This document shows positions 35,530 through 46,900 of a DNA stretch of 64,000 nt, piece after piece. The translations under genes and the position numbers were made by a program. Within the stretch, counting starts at the first letter, position 1. Each line of letters starts with the position of its first letter. Origin of the DNA: Azolla caroliniana (taxonomy: Eukaryota > Plantae > Polypodiophyta); assembly GCA_043228905.1 (NCBI GenBank), contig JBHGNT010000013.1, positions 7,936,001-8,000,000 on the forward strand, read 5' to 3'. Under the pieces are notes generated by a model. It ran no database searches. It was not told the DNA's origin and saw only the letters and a list, made by a program, of their open reading frames with translations.

Positions 35530-37047
35530 GTGTTCGATAAAGTACAAGCCAACACACTTCCTCATCATCGACCGTACGATTGCCCCATTGATTTACAACC
35601 GGGAAAAGAGCCGCCATGGGGACCGATCTACAATTTGTCACCAACCGAGCTAGAAGTCCTTCGGGCCTATATAGAGGAGAATTTGGAAAATGGTTTCATT
35701 CGGCATTCGAAATCTCCAACTGCCGCGCCGATTTTCTTCGTCAAGAAAAAGGATGGATCGCTTCGTCTCGTTGTAGATTACCGTGGCCTGAATAAGGTTA
35801 CAATCAGGAATAGGTATGCTCTTCCCCTTATCTCAAGTCTTTTAGAACGGATCAATGGTGCCAGGTTCTTCACGAAGATCGACTTACGGGGAGCATATAA
35901 CCTCGTACGGATCCGACCAGGAGACAAATGGAAGACCGCGTTTCGCACCAAATATGGGCACTTCGAGTATACGGTCATGCCGTTCGGCCTCACTAATGCG
36001 CCGACAGTCTTCCAGCACATGGCTAATGATATATTCCGAGATCTATTGGATGATTGTTTGATCATCTATTTGGATGATCTACTGGTTTATTCAAAGACCC
36101 AAGAAGAACATGATTCTCATGTACTATTAGTACTAAAACGACTTCGAGAACATGGTCTATATGCAAAGCTAGGAAAATGTAGTTTCGGGTGCAACCAAGT
36201 GGAATTTCTCGGGTACATCATTTCGTCCGAAGGCATCTCCATGGACCCAGCTAAGGTCAAAACGGTGGTAGAATGGCAGACTCCGCATTTGGTGCGGGAT
36301 GTGCAATGCTTCCTAGGCTTTGCCAATTTTTACCGGAAGTTCATACAAGATTACTCAAAGATCGTTCTACCTCTCACACAACTTACCAGGAAGGGACAAC
36401 CGTTCATCTGGTCTGAAGAAACGGACATGGCTTTCGAGAGTCTTAAAAAGGCATTTACATCGGCTCCAATTCTAGCTCATGTCGATCTGGAAAAACCATT
36501 CATTATCGAAGCTGACGCATCGGATTTTGCATTGGGGAGCATTCTGTCACAACAGGGGAATGATGAGAAGCTACATCCTGTGGCTTTTCACTCACGCAAG
36601 TTTGACGCCGCCGAAATCAACTACGAAATTCATGATAAGGAGCTATTGGCAATAGTGGATTCTTTTATGCAATGGAGGCATTTTCTGGAGGGATCCTCTC
36701 ATCCGGTCACTGTATTTAGTGACCACAAGAACCTTGCCTACTTTCAGGATGCTCGTGTGTTGAATCGACGTCAAGCTCGGTGGGCCCACTTCCTCATGCG
36801 TTTTGACTTCAAAATTACATATCGTCCGGGGAAGCACCAAGGGAAGGCAGATGCATTATCACGGCGTTCGTATCTAGCACCCCGTCCTAATGAGCCAGCT
36901 TTCGATAACCAAAAACAAGTCATCTTGGGACCGACACGACTACAAGCAACACAGATCTTTGACATGCCCATGGATTCCCGCGTTATCGATACCATACGCG
37001 AAGACTTGAAGACAGGCGTTTGCCCAAGCTATACTAGCACAAATTGA
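35530..37047 (+). CDS. H reverse transcriptase and RNase H (open segment of a broken pol)
   Basis: [59 protein letters not shown]. Confidence 0.92.
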   Translation: MFDKVQANTLPHHRPYDCPIDLQPGKEPPWGPIYNLSPTELEVLRAYIEENLENGFIRHSKSPTAAPIFFVKKKDGSLRLVVDYRGLNKVTIRNRYALPLISSLLERINGARFFTKIDLRGAYNLVRIRPGDKWKTAFRTKYGHFEYTVMPFGLTNAPTVFQHMANDIFRDLLDDCLIIYLDDLLVYSKTQEEHDSHVLLVLKRLREHGLYAKLGKCSFGCNQVEFLGYIISSEGISMDPAKVKTVVEWQTPHLVRDVQCFLGFANFYRKFIQDYSKIVLPLTQLTRKGQPFIWSEETDMAFESLKKAFTSAPILAHVDLEKPFIIEADASDFALGSILSQQGNDEKLHPVAFHSRKFDAAEINYEIHDKELLAIVDSFMQWRHFLEGSSHPVTVFSDHKNLAYFQDARVLNRRQARWAHFLMRFDFKITYRPGKHQGKADALSRRSYLAPRPNEPAFDNQKQVILGPTRLQATQIFDMPMDSRVIDTIREDLKTGVCPSYTSTN

Positions 37048-37797
37048 TCCCTCTCGCACGTCGTGTTCACAGTCACAACCACCAGGTACGGACTATCGGC
37101 AATTCAAATACCATGATGGATTACTCTTCTTTAAAGAACTTGTTTATGTTCCTAATGGTTCTTGCCGTCTTCAAGTAGTACAAAACTGTCATGACACATA
37201 TATACAGTTGGGCATTTTGGTAGTACTAAAACATTACATTTAGTACAACGATCATTCTGGTGGCCCTGTATGCGACAATTTGTCGAGGATTTTGTTCGGA
37301 CTTGTGATACATGCTGCAGAGCGAAAATGCCAAGGCATCATCCATATGGTTTATTAGAACCATTACCAATTCCAAGCAAGCCGTGGCAATCCATTGCTCT
37401 AGACTTCATCACAAATCTTCCAGTCTCTAAGGGGTTCAATGCGATTCTAACGGTGGTCGATCGATATACGAAGATGGCTCATTTCTTGCCATGTACGAAG
37501 GAGATCTCCAGTGAAGACACTGCCGAAATTGTCATGCGTGAAGTATGTTGGCATCATGGACTTCCCGATAGTATCATCAGCGACCGTGGACCCCAGTTCG
37601 TGTCCAAATTCTGGAAGCACCTTTTTAACATGCTCAAGGTCACTTGTAACCTCTCCTCCGGCTACCACCCCCAAACCGATGGCCAAGCCGAACGAACCAA
37701 TCAAACGCTGGAGCAGTATCTGCGGTGCTTTATCAGCTATCATCAGGATGACTGGGCAAATATTCTCCACTTCGCCGAATTTGCCTATAACAACTCT

Positions 37798-38143
37798 ACT
37801 CGAACAACGGCAACGGCAACGCAAGGCTTTCGTGGATCGACATCGACACGGGCTGGAGAAGGCGCTCACCATCGGCAAACCAGTTCTTCTTTTCCAAACA
37901 CGACTCGGGTCAATGCTGGGAAAATTAAGATTTCGGTGGACCGGTCCATTCTGGATTATCGACGAGTTCAACGGGATGTTCCAGCTCGGCACACTCGTCG
38001 GCGACACTGTCAAAAGTTGGGCCAATGGTTTCCGACTTCAACCATATCGAGGGACTACAGCACCCAACCCGTTTACCGAGCCACACGGCACAAACAAGTC
38101 TCAGGAGACCACCACGGAGGACGCCACATGTCCCCCTAAATAA
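37798..38143 (+). pseudogene. D integrase C-terminus (GPF motif)
   Basis: QRKAFVDRHR...KLRFRWTGPFWI...NGFRLQPY, matching C at about 15040-15300. Confidence 0.85.
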
Positions 38144-38655
38144 GGACTCACCCACCTTCTTGAAAGTAATAAAAGTAGTAGTAGGTAGGATTAACCATAA
38201 TTTAGCCACTGATTAGCTACACCTACACCACCCACCTAGGCACCCACAATTTTAGCACCACCCTCGCCACCACTCAGTTAGTACCTATTTAAGCACATGC
38301 AAAGCACTAGAAGCACCCCACTCACCTTCAGGACACGTGGTGCTAGTCACTTATTATGGCACCCACGACTCAGAATCTTCAGGATTCGCTTCAGGCACAA
38401 AACCCTAGGAGTAAGTTACTAAAACCGTTTCCAAAACGCAGCACAAACCATTATCGCTCCCCATTTCCATCGCTCTCAAGCTCAGAAACCCCGTCTCGCC
38501 ATCATCACGCTAAACACTCTTGCTCTCAAGCCCTCTTTCGCTCTCATAACCCCTCTGCTAGACTTCCCCTTCCTGTTGTTCCTCCTGTGTCTCGTCCTCG
38601 CCTCATCACTCTTCTTCACGCTTCCACACAGTCAAACCCCGTCTCCATCTCCAGC

Positions 38656-41600
38656 ATGCCTCTTACCGCCTCAACAGAAACCCGCGCCTGGCTCCAGGAA
38701 CGAGGAATGGGCGGTTACCTGAAGATCATCGATGCCACCGCGCACCCAGATGCCCAAACTGTGGCTAAACATATAAGTCCCGAAGCCATCACCAACAACG
38801 TGCTTCGGGCTATTTTGGACCTGCAACGGGGAGGGGACCATGAGGTCGACATACCCCCGGCATCAAAGATGAAAGCGTATTTCGGTGAGTACTCAACCTC
38901 AGGGAAGGCATATCGCACGTATGGCGGTCCCAACAAAGCTTTCGGGGAGATTGCTCGTATATTAATGGAGTATGCGTTCGTACATATGAACCCCACGAGC
39001 ATGCCGCAGAACAAGCATACCCCCGGCATCAAAGATGAAAGCGTATTTCGGTGAGTACTCAGCCTCAGGGAAGGCATATCGCACGTATGGCGGTCCCAAC
39101 AAAGCTTTCGGGGAGATTGCTCGTATATTAATGGAGTATACGTTCGTACATATGAACCCCACGAGCATGCCGCAGAACAAGGCAGCCATCATCATCAGCG
39201 CGTATGAAGGAAACAAAATCGATTGGGGAATCATCACAGGCGAGGGACTTCGCGCCGCCTTAGCTTCATTTCAGTCCGGTAAGAAGATGTTGTCTGTTCT
39301 TACCCACTTTTTGATGGTTCTATACCCACCCTCTTCTCTTCCTTCCCCTCACACACTCACGTCCCCACCACCACCACGAAGGCAGAGAGAGAAATTCGTT
39401 GCCATCAGCCACGAAGCATGGGAGGACCCACATCGCCTTCACCTCCTGCCGCCGACCAAAAAACCACATCTGCACCACCACCCGCCCAACCCCAACAAAA
39501 AAGGGTAGTTTCCGAGACCTGCCAAGAATGGGAGGAGGAGGTAGCCACGGAAGACAACACGGCCGATGACGTCACCATTAGACAGCCAACATCGCGTCCC
39601 TCGATAACATCCCCAAGACCTAGCCCACGCCCCAACACACAGCAGGCTGCACCACCACGACCCCAAAAAAGGAAGCAGGCGGAGGAAACGACACTACCGG
39701 CCCCGGAACCCCAAACACAGCCTAGCAAGAGAAGACGACTCAACCGTGAGTCCTCGGAAGAACAGAAAGAGCCACAACAGGAGCAAGCCTTAGTGGTCAG
39801 ACATAGCAACCTGGCCATCACCCCTGAGGAGGCATCGCTGAACCAGGGAACGATCGAGCATGGGCAGACAACGCAGATCTCGGAGGATGAAGTAGCCACT
39901 CGAATGGCGAAGGAGCACGCCGAAACAAAAATGATTCAACGCGCGCTAATAGGTGAGATTGAGCCCCATGAGGACAGGGCTTTACAAAAAATCGGGAGGA
40001 AGAAGCAGGCAAAACAAGCCGCTCTCCTCATGGAGGTCCCCGAGTTGAACACAACCCTTATTGAGGCATCTCGGGACCTGGATCGCACTACGCGGGCAGC
40101 CAAAGACATGGCCCGAAAGATAAAAATAGCCCAAAAACAGGCTAAGATGGCTACAGAACTATGGCACGCTGCGAACCAGAAGCTAGCAGCCTGGGAGCAA
40201 AACCGGCCGGAACAACAACTCTTGAGCCTTCCGGTAACGACCACTGAGGCCCTCCCAGCGCCTCCACGCATAACAATGATGGATGAAAGCACCATCACCG
40301 ACTCAATCCTGAAGGTGCAGGCCAGTACACAAACGGACTCGTTACAAATGGTCGATGCCTGTACAACAACCGAGGCGCCCACGCCCATGGAGAAGACCAA
40401 GATACCACCACCTCGTGCACCCAAGGAGGTGGCAACCCAGACAGAACCCCCGCTCCGGGATTACCATGCGGAGCTTAAAGAAGAACAACGGTGAACCGAG
40501 AGACACGAACAACGGCATCAAGAGGCCATGGCTCGCCTAAAAGAAGAAGCTTCCAAGCAAATGGCCGAGATGAGAGCCCAGGCCGACCAAAGGATACACG
40601 AGCAAAACGAAGCATTGGGCCGGGTACAAGCGCAAGCCGCGGGCAAGGAAGCCGAACTCAAAAGCAGGCTAGAGAAATACGCAGCCACAGTGGCGAAGAA
40701 AGAGGAGGTTCTAGACCTACAGGCCGCGCTCGACAATGCAAAAGACTGGAACCAATGGCAGGAGGAAAGAAATCGCCAACGGGAGGAGAGGATGAACGCG
40801 AAGAATGCCGAGCTGCAGAGTCAACGTACGATCCTTAAAGAGATGGCTGACAAGTTTTTCATCAAATGCAAGCTACTTTCGGAGCAAAAAGACGCATTAT
40901 CTGATTCCTACTTCACCCTACAAGAAGAGAGAATCGTCAAACGGGAACAAATCCGGGCCACGTGTCAAAAAGAACGGGAGCAGGCCACCGAAGAACTCAC
41001 CAAGCGTTACGAGCAGGCTCTCTAGCTCGTAACCGTGGATGCAAAGAACACTCAGGCCATCTATGAGCGAAGAACACAGAAGATTCAGGCCGAGGTCGAC
41101 AGCTTAAAACAGGAATTAGCAGCCATCCAAGCATAGCCTGGCATGGATGAGACATGCATCAGAATACTGATCGAGAAACAGCGCCAGCACCTTACCAAAA
41201 AGGTCGAGGAAACATTAAGTCGCGCAGGAGACGAATGGGCAGCCCAAGCTGCCGAATTGCATATTTTACGCGCCGACGACGAGAACCGACGGAAGGAGGG
41301 CCACAGCTTCTACAAAATGGACGAAGCCAACATACAAAACCTGCTTGCAGATTTAACCGAGGATTACCAGTCCTTGGCAAAATCTCACACCACAGCAATC
41401 GAGCAAATAATGGAGGACTTCAATGACAGTCAGATGTTATTTCGCCTGGAAGCAGAAGCCTTCGAACGAGAACGACTCGCAGCCATCCCCACCAGTCCTC
41501 CAACGGCCACAGAGCAGAAGGAAGAACCTTCCAGCAAGGAGATCACGGACACGGCATAGGAGGAACTTGCCCTGGCCAACAGACATCCCATGGACGCCCA

Positions 41601-41805
41601 CACAGTACCAGATCCTGTCGAAGTAGAGGTCAGTGCCCACGAACCCACACCCCCACCAGAAGAATCGGTCGCACCCGAGGCAGACGCCCGAGAAGATATG
41701 CCACCCCCGGACCAAACTCAACCCCCCGCACCAACAATCCAACCAAACCACCCTGCCACCACCCCGGACCCCGAAAGCATGGTCGACATCTTAAAGGAGG
41801 AATGA
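38656..41805 (+). pseudogene. D extra 3' ORF (ORF2)
   Basis: MPLTASTETRAWL...YFGEYS..KAYRT.GG...MPQNKA..YEG.KIDW, coiled coil, AAELHILRAD.NRRKEG, MVDILKEE*. Confidence 0.8.
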
Positions 41806-41861
41806 AACGAGGATCACGCCGAAAAAGCAATTTTTGTAATATTGTTAGTATTTTGTAAGTC

Positions 41862-41901
41862 GTGGGTCCGATAGACAAGGTCCTGTCGCACGGGCGTGCC
41901 A
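41862..41901 (+). other. tRNA 3'-half mimic (inverted PBS) in place of the PPT of D
   Basis: GTGGGTCCGA-TAGACAAGGTCCT-GTCGCACGGGCGTGCCA, 2 nt before the 3' LTR. Confidence 0.85.
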
Positions 41902-42361
41902 GGTGTTGTCCAGAGGACAAAAATGTAAAATTAGGAAATTAGCAAACGTCGAGTCCGAGTATCACGAGCCACTGACGGCTCGACTGTGTATTAGGGGAAA
42001 AGTTATTTAAACGAGGACCAGTACCTCAGAGTGGGGAGAGAAGAAAAATATAGGCGGAAGCACTAGCTTAGGCCATCGTAACTAGATAAACTTGTAAGGT
42101 CACCGGCCATAGGCCGTGTTCTGTAATCTTTTTCTGTCATATTAATAGATCTGATTTGTGCCCATTTTGCTCCATGAGTCTGTGCTTTGATCCATACCTA
42201 TGAGTGCAACGCCGCCCACGTCTATCAAGACCTCGCTAGTGTTTTCTCTCTGAGCCCTGTATCTCTCTCGATGCCTCTGTTACGAGCCTTCACATTCCAC
42301 GCCCTTGAAGACCGATAGTCGCAGATCTATCGAAGGTGTTCACCCAAAGGAACGGGTAACA

Positions 42362-42549
42362 ACTACCACCACCGTCATCTTCATGTGCATCACCTCCCCC
42401 ACTTTGGCATTGATCTTATCCAGTCTCTTTTCCCCGAACTGAACTGACAACCAAAGATCTTTAACCACCAGCGTAACCCTCATTTTCGACTTCCACACTG
42501 AGTAGTTGGAGCCGGTGAGGTTGAACATGCCACCGAATGATTCTTGCAT
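42362..42549 (-). pseudogene. B gag N-terminus
   Basis: MQESFGGMFNLTGSNYSVWKSKMR just downstream of the PBS. Confidence 0.85.
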
Positions 42550-42563
42550 TTCCTGTGTTGTTC

Positions 42564-42575
42564 GCTCTGATACCA
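42564..42575 (-). promoter_or_regulatory. PBS of B (tRNA-iMet)
   Basis: GCTCTGATACCA is the reverse complement of TGGTATCAGAGC, 3 nt from the LTR. Confidence 0.92.
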
Positions 42576-42578
42576 GTT

Positions 42579-43187
42579 TGATGAGAATAGCGCGGAATAT
42601 AGCTCGGCCAAAACCGAGTCCTGAATCACTTCATTTAAGGATCAAACACAAAAATGGGAATGGAGATAAATACTCGAACACACACAAACAATAGAGAGTA
42701 CACAGGATGTTTACGTGGAAACCCCTAATAGGAAAAAAGCACAGGAGCCCACAGGCTCCGAACTATCACTATATGAGAAAGGTACAATCAAAGACTCAGA
42801 GGCAACGAGCTCAAGCTCTATTTCTTTGCCAAGCGGCGTTTACAACATAAACCCTTTATGTATCTCACTCACACTCTTTCTCTCTCTGTCAATAGTTATG
42901 CACATACAACAATATGGTGACAACACTTCTCAAGTGATTGGCCTAAGTCATATTATACCTATATGATCTTAGGGCTATCTACAAATATAGCCTCAATAGG
43001 CTTACTCAAAACATATTTACAAATATTTCTTTTCTTCCGATTCTCACCGGTTCCATCCGATCTGGTTTCAGGATCTCTTCCGGTTCTCACCGGGTCCACC
43101 CAATCCGGTTTCCGGATCTCTTCCGGTTCTCACCAGGTCCTCTTCATTCATAACTGGATCCGATCTGGAGGGACCGATTTCCCAACA
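42579..43187 (-). repeat. 5' LTR of B, with two extra ~41-bp tandem units
   Basis: Direct repeat of 6767-7291; repeated CCGGTTCTCACC units at about 43035-43135. Confidence 0.93.
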
Positions 43188-43650
43188 CTATGTACCCCAA
43201 ACATTCCACTTGATACTGGTCGAAACTACACTTCTCCAATTTTGCATAGAGACCATTTTCTCACAACCGCTACAAAACATGGCGAACGTGTAGATCATGC
43301 TCCTCTTGAGTTTTTGAGTAGACCAAGGTATCATCCAAGTAAACTATGATGAACAGATCGAGGAAATCTCGAAAAATGCCATTTTCCATATGTTGAAAAA
43401 CTATCGGTGCATTCGTGAGACCAAATGGCATCATTGTATACTCAAAATGGCTATAGTGAGTGCGGAAAGCAGTCTTCGATTCATCCCCAACACAAATTTG
43501 AACAAGGGGTTGTAAGCACCTCGAAGATTTAACTTCGTGAAATATTTTGCTCCACTGAGGCGTTCTAGAAGTGTTGAGATCAATTGTAGGGCATATCTAT
43601 TTCGAATATCACTTTATTCAATCCCTGATAATCCACAACTAGACGATACA
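43188..43650 (-). pseudogene. Tcn1/Tf2-type Gypsy J, RT fragment (upstream half)
   Basis: Minus strand reads [55 protein letters not shown], with stops. Confidence 0.85.
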
Positions 43651-43951
43651 AACCTTGGCAATTAGAGATCAATGAATGTTCGAGAGGGGATAAGGCAAGT
43701 GAAGTTAGGGACTTGAGAGTGATAGACAACCACTCACTCCCAACTTTCTATCAATAGGGTATATGGTCTTCCACACCCCTTAGAGTACGATATTGGTGTG
43801 GAGATAAAACTTTTCCCATACAACTATGTGTGCTTGATGAGTACTCTTAAGCTGGCACATGCATTTCAATCATTTAATCATGTACCCTTAAGATAACGTA
43901 TAGAGATTTTAAGGGAGTAATTGTAAGAGAATCTCAGTTTTGCTACCATAT

Positions 43952-46900
43952 TGTGGTGTCCCTTGGATGCAAGTGCATGCCTTCATGTTGGGTGTGCATG
44001 TGTTCCTTTGTGCCCCTTTTAGCATACCCTTGTTAGGACACATGTAGCTAAGTAGAGCCAACCCAAATGGGTACCTTGTTCATGGCGTCCCAATTCCCTC
44101 CTGTCACCGTCGAAGTCAATACCCCTATGCAATCTGATTTCCTGCAACCTCCTGAGCGGCCACCCCCCTTCTAAATGGATCAACTCCTGCAAGTCCTCTC
44201 CAACACCATGCTTCAAATCAGCCACACGAACCAAGCTATGCTCTCCTTCCTCTCCATTACCAACAATCGGTCTCCAGATCGGCCAGATTCCAAGGTTCAC
44301 CCAAAGTCCTTCTCCGGCTTTCCCTCTGAGGACGTCTTAGCATGGTTGGATCACTTTGAGATGACCTCAAGTTACCACAAATGGTCTGACGAGCGCAAGG
44401 CTTTGGAAGTTTGCACCTTGCTCGAAAATGTCGCCGCCACTTGGTACGTACAACAAACCAGCGAAGTGACGGAGAACTGGGTGATCCTCCAAGATCTCCT
44501 CGTGCAAAACTTAGCCCATCAAAATTCAGCCCAGACGGCATTGCAACAACTCGAGACGTTGCAATAGCAAGCGCACGAACCAATAGGCCAATTTGGTGTT
44601 CGCCTAAATCAGCTCCTCATCTAAGCCAATCCAACCAGGCCCGAGCATGTCAAGTTTTTCTTCTTACGGCCCCGTCTGCGCCCTGACATCACTCGTCGTT
44701 CCTGGGACCAAGGTCCCAAGCCCTTCAACGATGTGATCCTCATTGCCCAGTGCATCGAAGCTTGTACGCTATCTGACTCCCAACCACGATGGCCCCCTCC
44801 ACCATCGACCGACTTGCACGCAGTACCAAGGAGCGACCCCCATGGACATTGACGTCCAAAATGTGCAGATGCAGACTCACCGAAACCTTCCTAATCACGA
44901 TGCCGAAGGATGCTCGAAGTGTTTCTACTGCCCACAATTATGGACACGTCCGACGTTATTGCTGGAAATTGCAACAACAATCTCACAAGAAGCAAGCCCA
45001 GATAACCATGGCTGACGCAGCATCGTTGGCTAAGCTTCCGGGAAACTAACTTCCGGGGTACTGATGGAAGAGCCAACCCCCCACGTCCAAGCGTCCACCT
45101 CTTCTAGTTCACAGGTATGCACCGCTCTCGCCACCATTAATCACTCCACACACACCATCCTATTAGACTCTAGTAGTAGTATCTCTTCAATTAGCACCGC
45201 CTTAGTTCACCAATTAGGCCTCCCCACAACCACCACTCCTTCCATCCAAGTCCTTTTTGGCGATCACCAACATCTATACCACTCTCGCACACAAGCCCAC
45301 GGCACCGTTACCTTAGGCACTCTCACATTGTCACACCACTTTTATGTCTTGCCCCACCAACTCTTCCCCCTCACCTTAGGTTGCGATTGGCTCCTCAAGC
45401 GTCGCACTGTCGCGAAGATTCGCGCGTGCGTGTGCTACTCGAGCGACCACCGGGGTCTTGGACTGGGGAGGACGTTCGCGGAATTATCGATGCTAGATGA
45501 CGATCAATGTAAGATTAGATGAAATTGGTTTACTTGAGAAGGAGAAAAATTGTACACTTGAGAAGTAGGAAAACATGAAGAAGATAAAGACAAATATAAT
45601 TATATTGATGATAGTGGTGTTGGTGATATCACATATTGAGCCCCCCTTACACAAGCCCAACTAGAGGCTTTTATAGGTCTTTCCATGCTTGTGACATGCA
45701 CATAACCATGGGCTATAACCATGGTTTTGTGCACACGGTTTTGCTTATGTCATGCACAAACCATGGGTTTAAAACCATGGTTTTGTGCACATGGTTTTCT
45801 ATGGTTGTTTCGTCTATAATTTGTATATGAAAAGGAAATACATATAATCTACACTATATGATAGTTGTCCTAGTGGTAAGGCAATTATCTTGTATGTTAG
45901 AGGTGCAAGGTTCAATCCTTGCTTGCACCCCTCTGTATGAACTCAAGTGCCACTAGGCTAGGTTTATTTGCTAAGTGCATGTGCAATGTTGCACATCCTT
46001 GGTTTATTCGTCTCACTCGGTTTCACACCGTAGCCGAAAATCGTCACGACAGCGCTATGATTGATTTCGATGCTCACAAACTTATTGTCCCACAAGCTCC
46101 CCCTATCCCCCTCCTACACGATAGCCCCCATGTCCCCCACCTCAGCCAAGGCCAAGTTGCCCTCAGTCCCAAGGAGCGGTTAATCTCCGTCTGCCAATTG
46201 TTAGCTCGTTTTCCGTCACTAGCCCCCCAACCCACGCATGCCGCTACTGTCTCTTTCCTGGTACAACATGTCATTCATATCGGGGACGCCGCTCCCATCC
46301 GCATGGCTACACGCCGACGTTCCCCCCTCGACCACGATCACATCGATGATGCCATCACCGATATGCTCACCAAAGGTATTATATTCCTTCACCAGCAATT
46401 GGGTTTCGGAACCCCACCTCGTCAAGAAGGATGATGGCACCTTCCGCTTCTGCATCGACTTTAGGCCTCTCAACAAAGTGACGATCCATGACCGCTACCC
46501 GCTCCCTCGCGTGGACGACCTCTTGGACCAGCTCGGGGGCTCCCATTATTTCACCTCCCTCGACTTAGCCTCGGGATATTGGCAGATCCCCTTAAAGCCA
46601 TCTGACACCCACAAGACCGCATTCCGCACACGACGCAAGCTGTTCCAGTTCACCCGCATGCCATTTGGCCTGTCTGACGCCAGCCCACATTCCAACGCAT
46701 GGCAAATTCCATCTTTGCCGGCCTTATCAGTAAAGGCGTCCTCCTTGTTTATCTCAATGACATCCTTATCCACACGGCCACTTGGGAGGATCCTCTACAA
46801 ACTCTCGTTTAAGTCCTCGCTTGCATAACTAAGCATAACTTGCAACTCCAATGGAAGAAGTGTCGATGGGGAAGCATCAGCCTCCGTTTTCTCGGCATCA

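Larger units (their letters stand above)
33268..37797 (+). mobile_element. Tcn1/Tf2-type (chromovirus-clade) Gypsy H, 3'-deleted
   Basis: 5' LTR 33268-33690 (TGTCA...TGACA), gag 33764-34915, protease LLDSGA, RT-RH 35530-37047 (YLDD), integrase to FAYNNS. Confidence 0.92.
29799..42361 (+). mobile_element. Ty3/Gypsy element D (same lineage as A and C), with extra 3' ORF and no PPT
   Basis: LTRs 29799-30244 and 41904-42361, TSD ACCAC/ACTAC, PBS TGGCACGCCCGGT at 30250-30262. Confidence 0.95.
6767..43187 (-). mobile_element. Ty1/Copia (Tork/Tnt1-like) element B, expanded to 36 kb by nested insertions
   Basis: Paired LTRs 6767-7291 and 42579-43187, perfect 5-bp TSD CTATG (6762-6766 and 43188-43192), PBS TGGTATCAGAGC, PPT AAGGGGGAGAT. 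Confidence 0.95.

Noticed and set aside
41889-41903. The inverted PBS as the remnant of a head-to-head second element
   Set aside because: The LTRs are direct repeats with TSDs, no inverted internal sequence follows, and the pattern recurs in three distinct elements.
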